From sequence record NC_028881.1: a stretch of 64,000 nucleotides of DNA; one strand, written 5' to 3'. The stretch is from Escherichia phage vb_EcoM-VR5. Numbering within the stretch: position 1 is the first letter of the stretch; each line of letters starts with the position of its first letter. The notes beneath the pieces were generated by a model, which was not told the DNA's origin, did no database searches, and saw nothing but the letters and a program-made list of their open reading frames with translations. Below are positions 26,650-35,153 of this stretch, piece after piece. The translations under genes and the position numbers were made by a program.

Positions 26650-26699
26650 CTCCTGTAGTTGATAGGTCTATAGTATCATACCTACAGGAGATGTAAACT
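26650..26699 (-). promoter_or_regulatory. PeSL-like promoter/stem-loop cassette upstream of denV, approximate
   Basis: Consensus 20-mer ttgataggtctatagtatca between perfect inverted repeat ctcctgtag/ctacaggag, then gtaaac. Confidence 0.7.
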
Positions 26700-26707
26700 A
26701 CTATGAA

Positions 26708-27007
26708 CTAGAAAGAACCAGAGCCTTTAATTGTGTTCTGGCGTCCTTTATTTTCTACTTCAGAGTGGTCGATTTCGTAAGCTTGTGCTACACCAAAGGA
26801 TTTTTTAATTTTGGCCAACGACCCTTTAGAAATAACAATGTTAAAGGTATTGCCTTTAGAAAAATCTACCAAATCTACAGTAACGCCGTTATTGGTTAAA
26901 CTATTAACAATAGCATCAACATATTGTTGGTCTAAAGTTCCCTGAACGCCGATTTGAAAAGCTTTAGGTGCTTTAGCTTCAGTGATAAATTCTTGATATG
27001 TTTTCAT
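26708..27007 (-). CDS. ipII: internal protein with capsid-targeting sequence (IPII-like)
   Basis: 99 aa; N-terminal MKTYQEFITEA is the T4 capsid-targeting sequence; size and position (between denV and ipIII) match T4 IPII. Confidence 0.6.
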   Translation of the reverse strand: MKTYQEFITEAKAPKAFQIGVQGTLDQQYVDAIVNSLTNNGVTVDLVDFSKGNTFNIVISKGSLAKIKKSFGVAQAYEIDHSEVENKGRQNTIKGSGSF

Positions 27008-27140
27008 TTCAAATCCTAGCTGGTTTTAATTAAAAGCCATTCCGTGGCTCATTAGTTAAGGTTAATCCCTTCCTGCAGTACCTGTTCGAGTGCTCGGGCC
27101 CTCCTCATAGAGGTTAGACCCTGTTAGACTTTATTAGGAA
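27008..27140 (-). other. GC-rich structured intergenic element between ipIII and ipII (approximate)
   Basis: Hairpins CCUC-UAU-GAGG and GCCA-CGGAA-UGGC plus conserved GCAGGAAGGGAU block; homologous to the element at 26095-26226. Confidence 0.45.
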
Positions 27141-27710
27141 TTAACGGGCTGCATTAGCAACAGCGTAAGCGTACTGAATATTAGCGTCTTTAAACTTACC
27201 TTTAGAGGTATCTATTTCTGCCTTAAAGCCGCCTTTAGTCATAACATCGGCAAATTCTTTACGGAAAGCCATTGCATCAAGACCTTTCCATGATGATTTA
27301 TGCTTGGCAAATTCAAGACCTGCGAAGTTGACAGCTTTAGCCAATTTATTATCAATAGCCCATTTACCGGCTTTAGGCACAAACTTCGGGCCCTTCTGTT
27401 TAGAGAACAGTTTTAAATTCCAGCGGCGAAGGTCCGAATCAGCTTTAACAAATTCGGAGTCTAAATTACTAGCAACAACATCGTCAATATGAGCGAATTT
27501 AAGTCCGTCAACTTCAATATTTAGGTCGTTACGCCAGCGAAGTCCTTCCCAGGCGAAAGCTTTAAAGTCAGAAGCTTTTGTAGCTAAGTACCGTTCAATA
27601 GGAGCTGTTTTAGCGTCAAAACCGTTTCCTCGGTAGGTCCACTCATCTTTGTTAATGCCTTGGGCTTTTCCTACAGAAGCTTCGGCGATAAATTCTTTAT
27701 ATGTTTTCAT
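27141..27710 (-). CDS. ipIII: internal protein with capsid-targeting sequence (IPIII-like)
   Basis: 189 aa; N-terminal MKTYKEFIAEA; size and position (immediately upstream of e) match T4 IPIII (193 aa). Confidence 0.6.
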   Translation of the reverse strand: MKTYKEFIAEASVGKAQGINKDEWTYRGNGFDAKTAPIERYLATKASDFKAFAWEGLRWRNDLNIEVDGLKFAHIDDVVASNLDSEFVKADSDLRRWNLKLFSKQKGPKFVPKAGKWAIDNKLAKAVNFAGLEFAKHKSSWKGLDAMAFRKEFADVMTKGGFKAEIDTSKGKFKDANIQYAYAVANAAR

Positions 27711-27798
27711 GTGTTTCCTTTAAATATTTTAATTAGCGATTTGACTGTTTAAGTAACTGTGAATATAGTATCATGACCACAGATCAAAGTAAACAAAT

Positions 27799-28293
27799 TT
27801 ATAGATTTTTATACGCGTCCCAAGTGCCAGTTCTAAACGTTGCAATGACTCGCTTAGCTCGGTTGGGGGTCTGTTTGTACCAACGAGATTGCGCTAGGTT
27901 AACTGCGGCCTCATCCCAACGTTTTTGTTGGAGCATACGAAGAGAGTTAGTAAATCCTGCTACACCAGCTTCACCCATTTGGAAGACCATATTAATTAGT
28001 GCGCAACGACGAACTTCGTCAAGCACATCATAAACAGGTTTCAATTTAGGATTACGCAAAATAGCCCTACGAGCATTTTCCACTGAACGATTAAAGAGTT
28101 GTTCTGCTTCAGTCATTGTAATACGACCATTACAAACTCGACCCATAAGTTTATCAAGTTCAGCACGAGCAACATCTTTAGAAGGATTCTTGGTTATCAA
28201 TTGGCCGATGCCAATAGTCCAATAACCTTCGGTGTCTTTATAAAGATTTAAATCAAGACCTTCGTCTTGACGTAACATATCAAAAATATCCAT
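27799..28293 (-). CDS. e: endolysin (T4 lysozyme, gene e)
   Basis: 164 aa; [35 protein letters not shown]...[44 protein letters not shown]...[10 protein letters not shown], collinear with T4 lysozyme including catalytic E11/D20/T26. Confidence 0.95.
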   Translation of the reverse strand: MDIFDMLRQDEGLDLNLYKDTEGYWTIGIGQLITKNPSKDVARAELDKLMGRVCNGRITMTEAEQLFNRSVENARRAILRNPKLKPVYDVLDEVRRCALINMVFQMGEAGVAGFTNSLRMLQQKRWDEAAVNLAQSRWYKQTPNRAKRVIATFRTGTWDAYKNL

Positions 28294-28294
28294 A

Positions 28295-28318
28295 ATACCT
28301 CCTGAGTATAGGAGGTAT
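28295..28318 (-). promoter_or_regulatory. leader hairpin sequestering the gene e Shine-Dalgarno (approximate)
   Basis: Window palindrome atacctcct-gagtat-aggaggtat; in RNA sense the SD AGGAGG forms the 3' arm of a 9-bp stem directly before the ATG, as described for T4 gene e early transcripts. Confidence 0.5.
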
Positions 28319-28327
28319 TTATTATTC

Positions 28328-28777
28328 TTAGAACATTGAGCTCAGAACCTTATACATCGACTGGCCCATGACATATTCCCATTGTGGACGTTTAATCAAG
28401 GCGAAAGCATCGAACTCAGGAATACTACGACCGTCAGGGAACGTATGATAAGCCGTACATTTGCAATTCTTGAACTGCTCGTGTTCCACAGGCACAGTAT
28501 ATAAGAACAGGTGTAGATTCTTATTGCTGGAATATTTGAACTCACCTAGGTCTTTCAGGAACGCAGGGTCATATGCAGTGAATCCAATCTCTTCTTCGGT
28601 TTCACGCATAGCAGCTTGGATAGGCTCTTCACCTGATTCAACATGACCTTTAGGAATGTCCCATTTATGACGCATATTCTCTGGATTACGAGAACCTGTT
28701 ACACGACCCATGACTAGTTCTTTATCAACGGTCATGAACAAAATACCAGCGGATAATTCTTTAACTTTCTTACTCAT
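28328..28777 (-). CDS. nudE: Nudix hydrolase NudE
   Basis: Track ORF 28328..28906 trimmed to internal ATG ([14 protein letters not shown]...), 149 aa; Nudix box [23 protein letters not shown]; adjacent to e as in T4. Confidence 0.8.
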   Translation of the reverse strand: MSKKVKELSAGILFMTVDKELVMGRVTGSRNPENMRHKWDIPKGHVESGEEPIQAAMRETEEEIGFTAYDPAFLKDLGEFKYSSNKNLHLFLYTVPVEHEQFKNCKCTAYHTFPDGRSIPEFDAFALIKRPQWEYVMGQSMYKVLSSMF

Positions 28778-29006
28778 AATCACGTTCCCAAGATTTTTTA
28801 AAGATTTCGGCCATAATAATTTCAATGCGTGTTTCTGTTGAAGGAGATTCACTATCAGAAGTTTGAACTCTGTATTCAGAAATCGGGCGTAACAAGTCCA
28901 GGTCAATTTCTAAATCATCTTTGATTTCAACTTCAGGCGTACCTTTATCATAGGAATACAGGTAAGAATCACATGACTCTGATTTAATATAAATTGCAAT
29001 ACTCAT
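28770..29006 (-). CDS. hypothetical acidic protein
   Basis: 78 aa ORF. Confidence 0.35.
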   Translation of the reverse strand: MSIAIYIKSESCDSYLYSYDKGTPEVEIKDDLEIDLDLLRPISEYRVQTSDSESPSTETRIEIIMAEIFKKSWERDYE

Positions 29007-29596
29007 TTACGACATTCCTCAATAAAATCATTTAAGTTCTTTTTAGTTTTACCTTCGTCATAAAGACGTTGTTGACGACGTAAACGCCATGGCATTTCAA
29101 TAGCCAGACACCAGATACTTAAGGCAACGCCTGCGGTAAAAAGGTTCATTAACCCGGCGCCAATAATGGTTCGTTCTAACGCATCATTCCAGTTTACATC
29201 AATTAAAAACGAGCTCAGCACTAGCATCGGAAGTAAAGTAATAAGATATGCCACTACATATCGTCCAAACGTAAGCCATTCGGTATCAATGAGCTTTGCC
29301 TTTCCATCTTGGAAGCAAATATACTTATCGTCAGTGCGAGTAATTTTCTTTGCAGGTTGCCAGCCATTTACAATATAACCCATTTTATATTCCTCAATTA
29401 AAAGCTCTTTCATATGACGGTTACAATGCGACCAATCTACTGTACTAGCTGCAATTCCTTCATCACCATCATCAAGATTTCGCCAGGACTTTTTAATAAC
29501 CATATTTTCACCGCTTGGTACAATGATTCCGGCGTTTTCAGAACGACGGACGAAGTTCACATCTAGGCCCATACATCCGGGTTCATAAAGAGCCAT
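29003..29596 (-). CDS. membrane protein with C-terminal FIEECRK tail
   Basis: 197 aa; hydrophobic helices in the C-terminal half; ends ...KNLNDFIEECRK, a motif shared with 33817..34353 and 33471..33824. Confidence 0.45.
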   Translation of the reverse strand: MALYEPGCMGLDVNFVRRSENAGIIVPSGENMVIKKSWRNLDDGDEGIAASTVDWSHCNRHMKELLIEEYKMGYIVNGWQPAKKITRTDDKYICFQDGKAKLIDTEWLTFGRYVVAYLITLLPMLVLSSFLIDVNWNDALERTIIGAGLMNLFTAGVALSIWCLAIEMPWRLRRQQRLYDEGKTKKNLNDFIEECRK

Positions 29597-30282
29597 TACC
29601 AGCCCTCCATAGGGAATTCAAGATAAACTTGAGCATTGACACGGATTTCATTGGTAATATTTTTAACACGGTCAGTGTTACGAGATACACGTCCAAACCA
29701 GCGCCATCCATTACTTACCGTACGAGAACCGGTATGCCAGGTTTGCCAATCAAACTGCAAGAGTGTACGGTCTGGAGCTTCCCACTGTTCCAATTCACCT
29801 GATTCAATTTTAGCCAAGACTTCTTTGTGCCATTGGCGATAAATCAATTCACCTTCCGGGATTTCACTAAAGGTAGCTTCACCGGTAGCAAAATGGGTAG
29901 GACACACATCAGCGTTAACAAGACCAAGAATGTGTTCAGACAAATAGCGAGGATTGTCATAATCAGGTTGTCCTGCAGTAATAAAATGTTGGCCTGTTGG
30001 AATAGGTGGACGAGGAACATCGTCATGGTGATAACCTGGGATAGCCGGATACCAGCCTGGCATCAACATATGCACACGCGAATCAAACACTACTTGGTCA
30101 TTGTTCCAATCATCAGGCAAGTTCATAATAAAAGAGCGTGTAATACGGTCACCGTTATTATAAGCAAATTCTAAACTACAGTTGAAGAACATCGGTTCGT
30201 TCTTGATTTTATCATTAGAAATACCGCCAGCAAAACCACCTACTGCACGAGCTTGACTATTAAAAGTTTTAGGACCGTTCAT
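29596..30282 (-). CDS. hypothetical protein (228 aa)
   Basis: Track ORF 29596..30366 trimmed to internal ATG (MNGPKTFNSQARAVGG...); His/Asp-rich stretch GYHHDDVP. Confidence 0.45.
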   Translation of the reverse strand: MNGPKTFNSQARAVGGFAGGISNDKIKNEPMFFNCSLEFAYNNGDRITRSFIMNLPDDWNNDQVVFDSRVHMLMPGWYPAIPGYHHDDVPRPPIPTGQHFITAGQPDYDNPRYLSEHILGLVNADVCPTHFATGEATFSEIPEGELIYRQWHKEVLAKIESGELEQWEAPDRTLLQFDWQTWHTGSRTVSNGWRWFGRVSRNTDRVKNITNEIRVNAQVYLEFPMEGW

Positions 30283-30295
30283 AATATTTTCCTCA

Positions 30296-30508
30296 TTACT
30301 TTTTATTGAAAAAGTACATTTTACCTTTAGGAGATAAAGATACACGAAGCGCGTTACCGATACCAACTGAACATTTAACCAGGTCAGCAGATTTCAATTC
30401 ACCAAACGCTTGACGAAGGTCACCATCACGAGTGTTAACCATCAGGCATTTAGCACCAGCTGCACGAACTTCGTTTAACATGTTGATTGCGTTAGTAGAA
30501 AGTTTCAT
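30296..30508 (-). CDS. hypothetical small protein
   Basis: Track ORF starts with TTG inside the promoter; trimmed to ATG behind SD GGAGAA (MKLSTNAINMLNEVRAAG...), 70 aa. Leader GGAGAATAAAATGAAA is shared with 37449..37634. Confidence 0.4.
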   Translation of the reverse strand: MKLSTNAINMLNEVRAAGAKCLMVNTRDGDLRQAFGELKSADLVKCSVGIGNALRVSLSPKGKMYFFNKK

Positions 30509-30534
30509 TTTATTCTCCATTTCACTCTGTTGTT

Positions 30535-30575
30535 TTGATAGGTCTATAGTATCACACCTATAGACCTTGTACACT
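30535..30575 (-). promoter_or_regulatory. PeSL-like promoter/stem-loop cassette, approximate
   Basis: Consensus 20-mer ttgataggtctatagtatca with perfect inverted repeat ggtctatag/ctatagacc; -35-like GTGTACA in RNA sense. Confidence 0.6.
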
Positions 30576-30586
30576 GTTTTATGCAA

Positions 30587-31546
30587 TTATTTTTCGAAAG
30601 GTCGAATTAAATGATGATTGTCTTGGAATCGCTTGATGTAATCATTTTCACCTAAAGCCTTATACATATTCACTACAGCTTGATAGTTTTCCCACGCGTA
30701 TTCGCGGAACCACCCGGAAGTGATAGAGGTGCACACTTTCTCAAGAGCCATATAGAAACTTGTGGCCGCTGGGATATTGAAGTCATTAGGAACCTGTGAA
30801 CGTTCTAGGGCCAGGACACAAGTTTCTTCGTATACGCCGGCCAGTTTAATAGCTTCAGGCAAAGCTTCAAACTTCTCACGAGAGGTCATGACTTCAGACC
30901 CATCTTTCATATAAAAGGTATACGCTGGACGTCCGGCCAGGGCCACAGCTTCATGGATAGAGTCGTGGTCTAATGTATAAATGATATCATTAAAGAATGA
31001 AGATTTGTTAACGTCTAGTTTAGGGTGAGAATAGCTCAACGTTTCTTTCTGACGTTGCAGCATGATTTCTCGGAGCTCTTCGTTCAGGGTTACACCCTTA
31101 TTACGAAGGTATTTGATATGGGACATCGTCTTCAAAAAGAACGGGTTGTTCTTCAAATAACGGTGGCTCATTTTGATAGCTAGACAGATATCAGGTGTAG
31201 CCCAATAGAAACCTGTCATACGATCTTTCTTAATATGATTTTCAGCATATTTCAGAAGACGATAGCTTGAGGTGAAGTCTTCATCTTGAAGCTCATCAGT
31301 GATTTCTCGTACGTTAGTCAAAGCGCGAACGATATAAGCTTCAAAATAGGTTTCTTTACCGTTGTGCATACATTTGAAAGCCTGAACATCAGGGTTATCT
31401 ACGTGTACATGGGCACCGAACATCTGCGCTTTAAAGTTATTCCATGAACCCTGGTCGGCAATGAAATCCCAATCAGAATTTTCGATATATTTACTTTCAA
31501 TTAATCCGGCATGGTGCAGGGCCCGAGAGCCAATAACTAACATCAT
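30587..31546 (-). CDS. hypothetical protein, possible nucleotidyltransferase-fold N-terminus
   Basis: Track ORF starts with TTG; trimmed to ATG behind SD GAGGAAAA (MMLVIGSRALHHAGLIESKYIENSDWDFIAD...), 319 aa. The GS...DWD pattern is NTase-like but the spacer is long; weak call. Confidence 0.4.
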   Translation of the reverse strand: MMLVIGSRALHHAGLIESKYIENSDWDFIADQGSWNNFKAQMFGAHVHVDNPDVQAFKCMHNGKETYFEAYIVRALTNVREITDELQDEDFTSSYRLLKYAENHIKKDRMTGFYWATPDICLAIKMSHRYLKNNPFFLKTMSHIKYLRNKGVTLNEELREIMLQRQKETLSYSHPKLDVNKSSFFNDIIYTLDHDSIHEAVALAGRPAYTFYMKDGSEVMTSREKFEALPEAIKLAGVYEETCVLALERSQVPNDFNIPAATSFYMALEKVCTSITSGWFREYAWENYQAVVNMYKALGENDYIKRFQDNHHLIRPFEK

Positions 31547-31565
31547 AATATTTTCCTCAGTAAAC

Positions 31566-31805
31566 TTAAATTTCTGCAACGTAATCGTTATGCAATTCCC
31601 ACATATCGTCAGAATTACTCTTCACGATAGGAATTATCTCATTAGAGATTTCTTCTGCATAAGGGTCATTGATACAATGAGCCTCTTCAAAACGAACACC
31701 GTAATCAGACTTCTTATAGGCAAACCCATAAATCTTTTTAAACTTGGTCCGACTAATGCGCGCCGGCTCATCAGATTTATCAGACAACGGAGAGTAATAC
31801 CACAT
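31566..31805 (-). CDS. hypothetical protein
   Basis: 79 aa ORF (MWYYSPLSDKSDEPARISR...). Confidence 0.4.
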   Translation of the reverse strand: MWYYSPLSDKSDEPARISRTKFKKIYGFAYKKSDYGVRFEEAHCINDPYAEEISNEIIPIVKSNSDDMWELHNDYVAEI

Positions 31806-31849
31806 AATGTTCTCCTCATGTTTGTGTATGGTAATAGTACCACAGTTTT

Positions 31850-32179
31850 CTAGAGTTGTACATCACTTCTGCAATATTCTAAAAATAATTTATTGTTGTC
31901 AACTGTATCCCAACGTCGCCAAGATGGATTCCAGACCAAAGCGTTGTCACCACAATCATTGAGCTTAAAATGGTCATAGTACATAGCTATATGTCTAGTC
32001 TCGTCACCAGAGAACCCTAGTATAGGCTCACCATGAGTATGATACATATGATGATGCATTGAGAGGTCGCATTTATAAAACATCTCACGTTTACCACGAA
32101 TGAACAAGAAAGCTTGTCCGTTCATATAGAATTCTTTATCTGTTTTCAAAAGATATTTGAATACTGAATCTTTGTGCAT
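31850..32179 (-). CDS. hypothetical His-rich protein
   Basis: Track ORF starts with GTG; trimmed to ATG behind SD GGAGGA (MHKDSVFKYLL...), 109 aa; HHHMYHTHGEP cluster. Confidence 0.4.
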   Translation of the reverse strand: MHKDSVFKYLLKTDKEFYMNGQAFLFIRGKREMFYKCDLSMHHHMYHTHGEPILGFSGDETRHIAMYYDHFKLNDCGDNALVWNPSWRRWDTVDNNKLFLEYCRSDVQL

Positions 32180-32217
32180 AAGTCCTCCTACCACATCCGT
32201 GTGATTATTATATCCTA

Positions 32218-32442
32218 TTAACAGCTACTTGGATACCAGATTTTACCATCAGCTTGGGCAACGAAGGTGCGGCCAGCTTCTTCACCATAACAAGAGCTAT
32301 TCAGCCAATCTTCAAGACGAACTTCGCCGTCATAATCGTCGAGCTCGACACCGAAATTTTGGGCAGAAGCCATATCTTTAACTTTCTTATACAATGCGGC
32401 CAGTTCAAGAGCAGCTTTTTCCAATTCATTAATATCAGACAT
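32218..32442 (-). CDS. small acidic protein, paralog family with C-terminal SSC tail (copy 5, most divergent)
   Basis: 74 aa; ends ...GKIWYPSSC; last of five tandem genes. Confidence 0.5.
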   Translation of the reverse strand: MSDINELEKAALELAALYKKVKDMASAQNFGVELDDYDGEVRLEDWLNSSCYGEEAGRTFVAQADGKIWYPSSC

Positions 32443-32451
32443 TTTTATTCC

Positions 32452-32673
32452 TTAGCAAGACATAGAGGAGGTAAACCAAAAACCTTCACCATCATTAATA
32501 CCATAATCACTGCGAACCCAGTCGTAATCTTCGTACTCAGGATTCTTCGGTGAAATATATTGTCCACGACCAGAAACATGGAAATCTTCACCAGTTTCAT
32601 CAGCCACGCTCTGACCTTCACGAACTAAAGCTCGGATTTGGTCTTCAATTTCTCTAACAGTTTTAGTAGTCAT
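32452..32673 (-). CDS. small acidic protein, C-terminal W-x-S-S-x-x-C paralog (copy 4)
   Basis: 73 aa; ends ...GEGFWFTSSMSC. Confidence 0.5.
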   Translation of the reverse strand: MTTKTVREIEDQIRALVREGQSVADETGEDFHVSGRGQYISPKNPEYEDYDWVRSDYGINDGEGFWFTSSMSC

Positions 32674-32682
32674 TTTATTACC

Positions 32683-32880
32683 TTAACATTCGTAAGAGGA
32701 GGACACCCAAGAGGTACCGCTAATAGTAATGCATCCATTATAAAGCTCAATATGCCTGTCTAAGTCACGAACACCATCGATATAGATATCAGCTTCTTCA
32801 CGTTCTTCTTTACAAATCTGGATAACATTTTCAATAGCCGCTTTAGCAGTACGGATTGCACAATCTAATTCACGAGACAT
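32683..32880 (-). CDS. small protein, C-terminal W-V-S-S-S-x-x-C paralog (copy 3)
   Basis: 65 aa; ends ...GTSWVSSSYEC; 3' coding sequence ttaacattcgtaagaggaggacaccca is near-identical at DNA level to copies 1 and 2. Confidence 0.55.
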   Translation of the reverse strand: MSRELDCAIRTAKAAIENVIQICKEEREEADIYIDGVRDLDRHIELYNGCITISGTSWVSSSYEC

Positions 32881-32889
32881 AATATTTCC

Positions 32890-33171
32890 TTAACATTCAG
32901 AAGAAGAGGACACCCAACCACCTTTTTCAAGGTCGGTGGTGTAGTCGTGGGTGTTAACGATAGCGTATTGAGGCTCACCATAGTTTTCCCAATGAGCAAG
33001 GTCGGCTTTCAGGGCGCCAGGAGAATAATAGTCACCGCCCATACCGCGAGCAGGGTATATATTAAAATGAGTCTCATATTTGTCTGCAATTTCCTCAGCT
33101 CGGCGAATAGCTTTATGGATTTCATTTACTGCGTTAGCCAGTTCTTTATTTTTACTGTAATCGTTCATCAT
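32890..33171 (-). CDS. small protein, C-terminal W-V-S-S-S-x-x-C paralog (copy 2)
   Basis: 93 aa; ends ...KGGWVSSSSEC. Confidence 0.55.
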   Translation of the reverse strand: MMNDYSKNKELANAVNEIHKAIRRAEEIADKYETHFNIYPARGMGGDYYSPGALKADLAHWENYGEPQYAIVNTHDYTTDLEKGGWVSSSSEC

Positions 33172-33180
33172 AATAAACCC

Positions 33181-33474
33181 TTAACACATTTGAGAAGAGG
33201 ACACCCATGCACCAGAAGTAACGATACCGTTTTCATCGACTTCGCCACCATTGTTTTCAATTTCATCACGCATCCAGCGAGAGCATTCATAACCAACCGG
33301 ATAATAGGTGCGTCCAGAACCATATTCACCTACATCAAACGAGACACCATACTTATCTGCAATAATAGTAGCTTCATTCTCGATATGGTCTTGGGCCCGA
33401 AGAAGTTTGCTGATAGCGTCCGTTGCGGTTTGAACGTCATTGTATTCAGGGATAGCGATTTCAATTTTATTCAT
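33181..33474 (-). CDS. small protein, C-terminal W-V-S-S-S-x-x-C paralog (copy 1)
   Basis: 97 aa; ends ...SGAWVSSSQMC. Confidence 0.55.
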   Translation of the reverse strand: MNKIEIAIPEYNDVQTATDAISKLLRAQDHIENEATIIADKYGVSFDVGEYGSGRTYYPVGYECSRWMRDEIENNGGEVDENGIVTSGAWVSSSQMC

Positions 33475-33824
33475 GATTTACATTCCTTAATAAAGGTTTC
33501 AAGTTCATTACATTTGGTTTGTTTTACATACTCATTATAATTAGCCATAGCTAAAGCATATCTCTTACGGGCCGGGGCATTCAAGGCGTTTGTGTAACAG
33601 ATATCATACACAACCGGGATAAAATAGGCCACAACAGCCGGAGCAATTATCATAAAGAAGCCCATCTCAATAGGCATGACTCCCTCGATTGCCGCCATAA
33701 CCGTGGTCATTACCAGACCAACTAGACCGCCGAGCATACCGGTAGCAAGGCCTGCAAATAAAGTAATGGCTATATCGTAATCGGCTAATGCGTAACTAGG
33801 GTCGGTTTTACTAGGCTTATGCAT
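33471..33824 (-). CDS. polytopic membrane protein with C-terminal FIKECKS tail
   Basis: Track ORF 33471..33842 trimmed to second ATG; three or more hydrophobic helices; ends ...ELETFIKECKS. Confidence 0.45.
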   Translation of the reverse strand: MHKPSKTDPSYALADYDIAITLFAGLATGMLGGLVGLVMTTVMAAIEGVMPIEMGFFMIIAPAVVAYFIPVVYDICYTNALNAPARKRYALAMANYNEYVKQTKCNELETFIKECKS

Positions 33825-34353
33825 TTTGGGCCTCTTTAGCATATTCGCGGCATTCTTTAATAAAACGATTAAGCTTACGTTGCTGTTTACGACTTTCTAA
33901 TGTATACTCGTCGGCCAAAATAATAAGCTCACCTTTATCGTAATTTTTAATATCAGAGTAAGATGGCCGCCGGTCAACCATTCCAAATAAATCACCGTTT
34001 TCTAGCGCCGCATAGCATACTAAATGATAATCGTCATCAGCATTAATAAGCTGCTTATAATCGCTAGGTTCGTTTAAAGCGTACACCGAATATCTTACTC
34101 CGGCGAATTCAACTCGCTTTATATCTAATCCAAGGTCAATAATTTCTAAAGCTTCTGCAAAAGAAAGGTCTTCTGCTAAAGCAAAAATAAAAGGTAATTT
34201 AGTAGTATAGCTACGGTTATTTGTTCTGCTTAAGAAATCATTAGAATAACCTAGGTCCTGGCGAATTCTATAAAGAACTGCATTAGTTTCATGGGCAAGA
34301 CCGCTATGTTTAAACCAATCAATATTTGATATAAGGTCATCATATAAGCTCAT
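33817..34353 (-). CDS. hypothetical protein with C-terminal FIKECRE motif
   Basis: 178 aa; ends ...KLNRFIKECREYAKEAQNA; SD GGAGAGGAG upstream. Confidence 0.45.
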   Translation of the reverse strand: MSLYDDLISNIDWFKHSGLAHETNAVLYRIRQDLGYSNDFLSRTNNRSYTTKLPFIFALAEDLSFAEALEIIDLGLDIKRVEFAGVRYSVYALNEPSDYKQLINADDDYHLVCYAALENGDLFGMVDRRPSYSDIKNYDKGELIILADEYTLESRKQQRKLNRFIKECREYAKEAQNA

Positions 34354-34376
34354 AATATTCTCCTCTCCTCCAAAGA

Positions 34377-34394
34377 GGGAGACCGAAGTCTCCC
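34377..34394 (-). other. UUCG-tetraloop hairpin between co-directional genes (approximate)
   Basis: RNA sense GGGAGAC-UUCG-GUCUCCC without a strong U tract; probably a stability or processing hairpin rather than a full terminator. Confidence 0.45.
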
Positions 34395-34401
34395 AGTAAC
34401 A

Positions 34402-34995
34402 TTACTTAAGTGAATTGATGTAGTCTTCGATATCAGCTGAAGTCGTATCCATTCCAACTTGAGGGCCTTTAAACGTTTCTACACGCATCAGGGTATCTTC
34501 AATATCAATCTTAGTCAGTGCAGCGATTTCAACAACATCGTCAGCAGTAGCAATACCTAATGCAGCCATATTACGAGTTTCACGGATGTATTCAAGCTTA
34601 ACTGCTAGTTCTTGTCGAGAGTCATCAAGTTCCTTAACCTTAAGCTTGATTTCATTACGCATTTCGATATAATCGTCGGCTTTCTTACGAAGTTGAGTAG
34701 CTGTACGACGATAAAGGAGGCCGAGTTTAGCATGTACCTGGACATCGGCACCTTCAGCAATCAATTTACGGATTTCACGTTCTTTAGAACTAGCCAGTTG
34801 GTCCTTTTCGTTAGCGAGTTCACGAATACGTTTTTCTTCACTTACAGACTTAACGTGAGCAGTCTGGAGCTCGGTAATTTTATCAATTAGAGTAGAAGCA
34901 GCTTTAGTGTATTGGTCTTCAATTGACAGGTTCTGGGCCATTGCGGTACCAAGTTTAGAGCGGATGAATTCAACGATTTTCTTTAAAGTGTTCAT
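34402..34995 (-). CDS. coiled-coil protein, possibly PspA/IM30-like
   Basis: 197 aa, charged heptad-like sequence throughout; N-terminus loosely resembles PspA. Weak call. Confidence 0.35.
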   Translation of the reverse strand: MNTLKKIVEFIRSKLGTAMAQNLSIEDQYTKAASTLIDKITELQTAHVKSVSEEKRIRELANEKDQLASSKEREIRKLIAEGADVQVHAKLGLLYRRTATQLRKKADDYIEMRNEIKLKVKELDDSRQELAVKLEYIRETRNMAALGIATADDVVEIAALTKIDIEDTLMRVETFKGPQVGMDTTSADIEDYINSLK

Positions 34996-35022
34996 AGTAT
35001 TTCCTTCAGTGGTTGTTTCGTT

Positions 35023-35063
35023 TTGATAGGTCTATAGTATCACGTTTAAAGGTGATGTAAACT
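35023..35063 (-). promoter_or_regulatory. PeSL-like promoter/stem-loop cassette, approximate
   Basis: Consensus 20-mer ttgataggtctatagtatca, atcac/gtgat inverted repeat, then gtaaac. Confidence 0.65.
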
Positions 35064-35105
35064 GCTTTGTGAAATTATTTTTGGTCTAACCCCCTAAAAG
35101 GAGAC

Positions 35106-35126
35106 CGAAGTCTCCTTTCATTATTT
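35106..35126 (-). terminator. rho-independent terminator (approximate)
   Basis: RNA sense AGGAGAC-UUCG-GUCUCCU followed by UUUUAGGGGG, after the stop of 35154..35708. Confidence 0.55.
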
Positions 35127-35153
35127 ACAGGTCTTTTCGAACTGGGCAGTGAA

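Noticed and set aside
32947-33540. Plus-strand ORF of 197 aa
   Set aside because: Antisense to the tandem C-terminal-Cys paralog array; no SD; hydrophobic low-complexity translation typical of antisense AT-rich frames.
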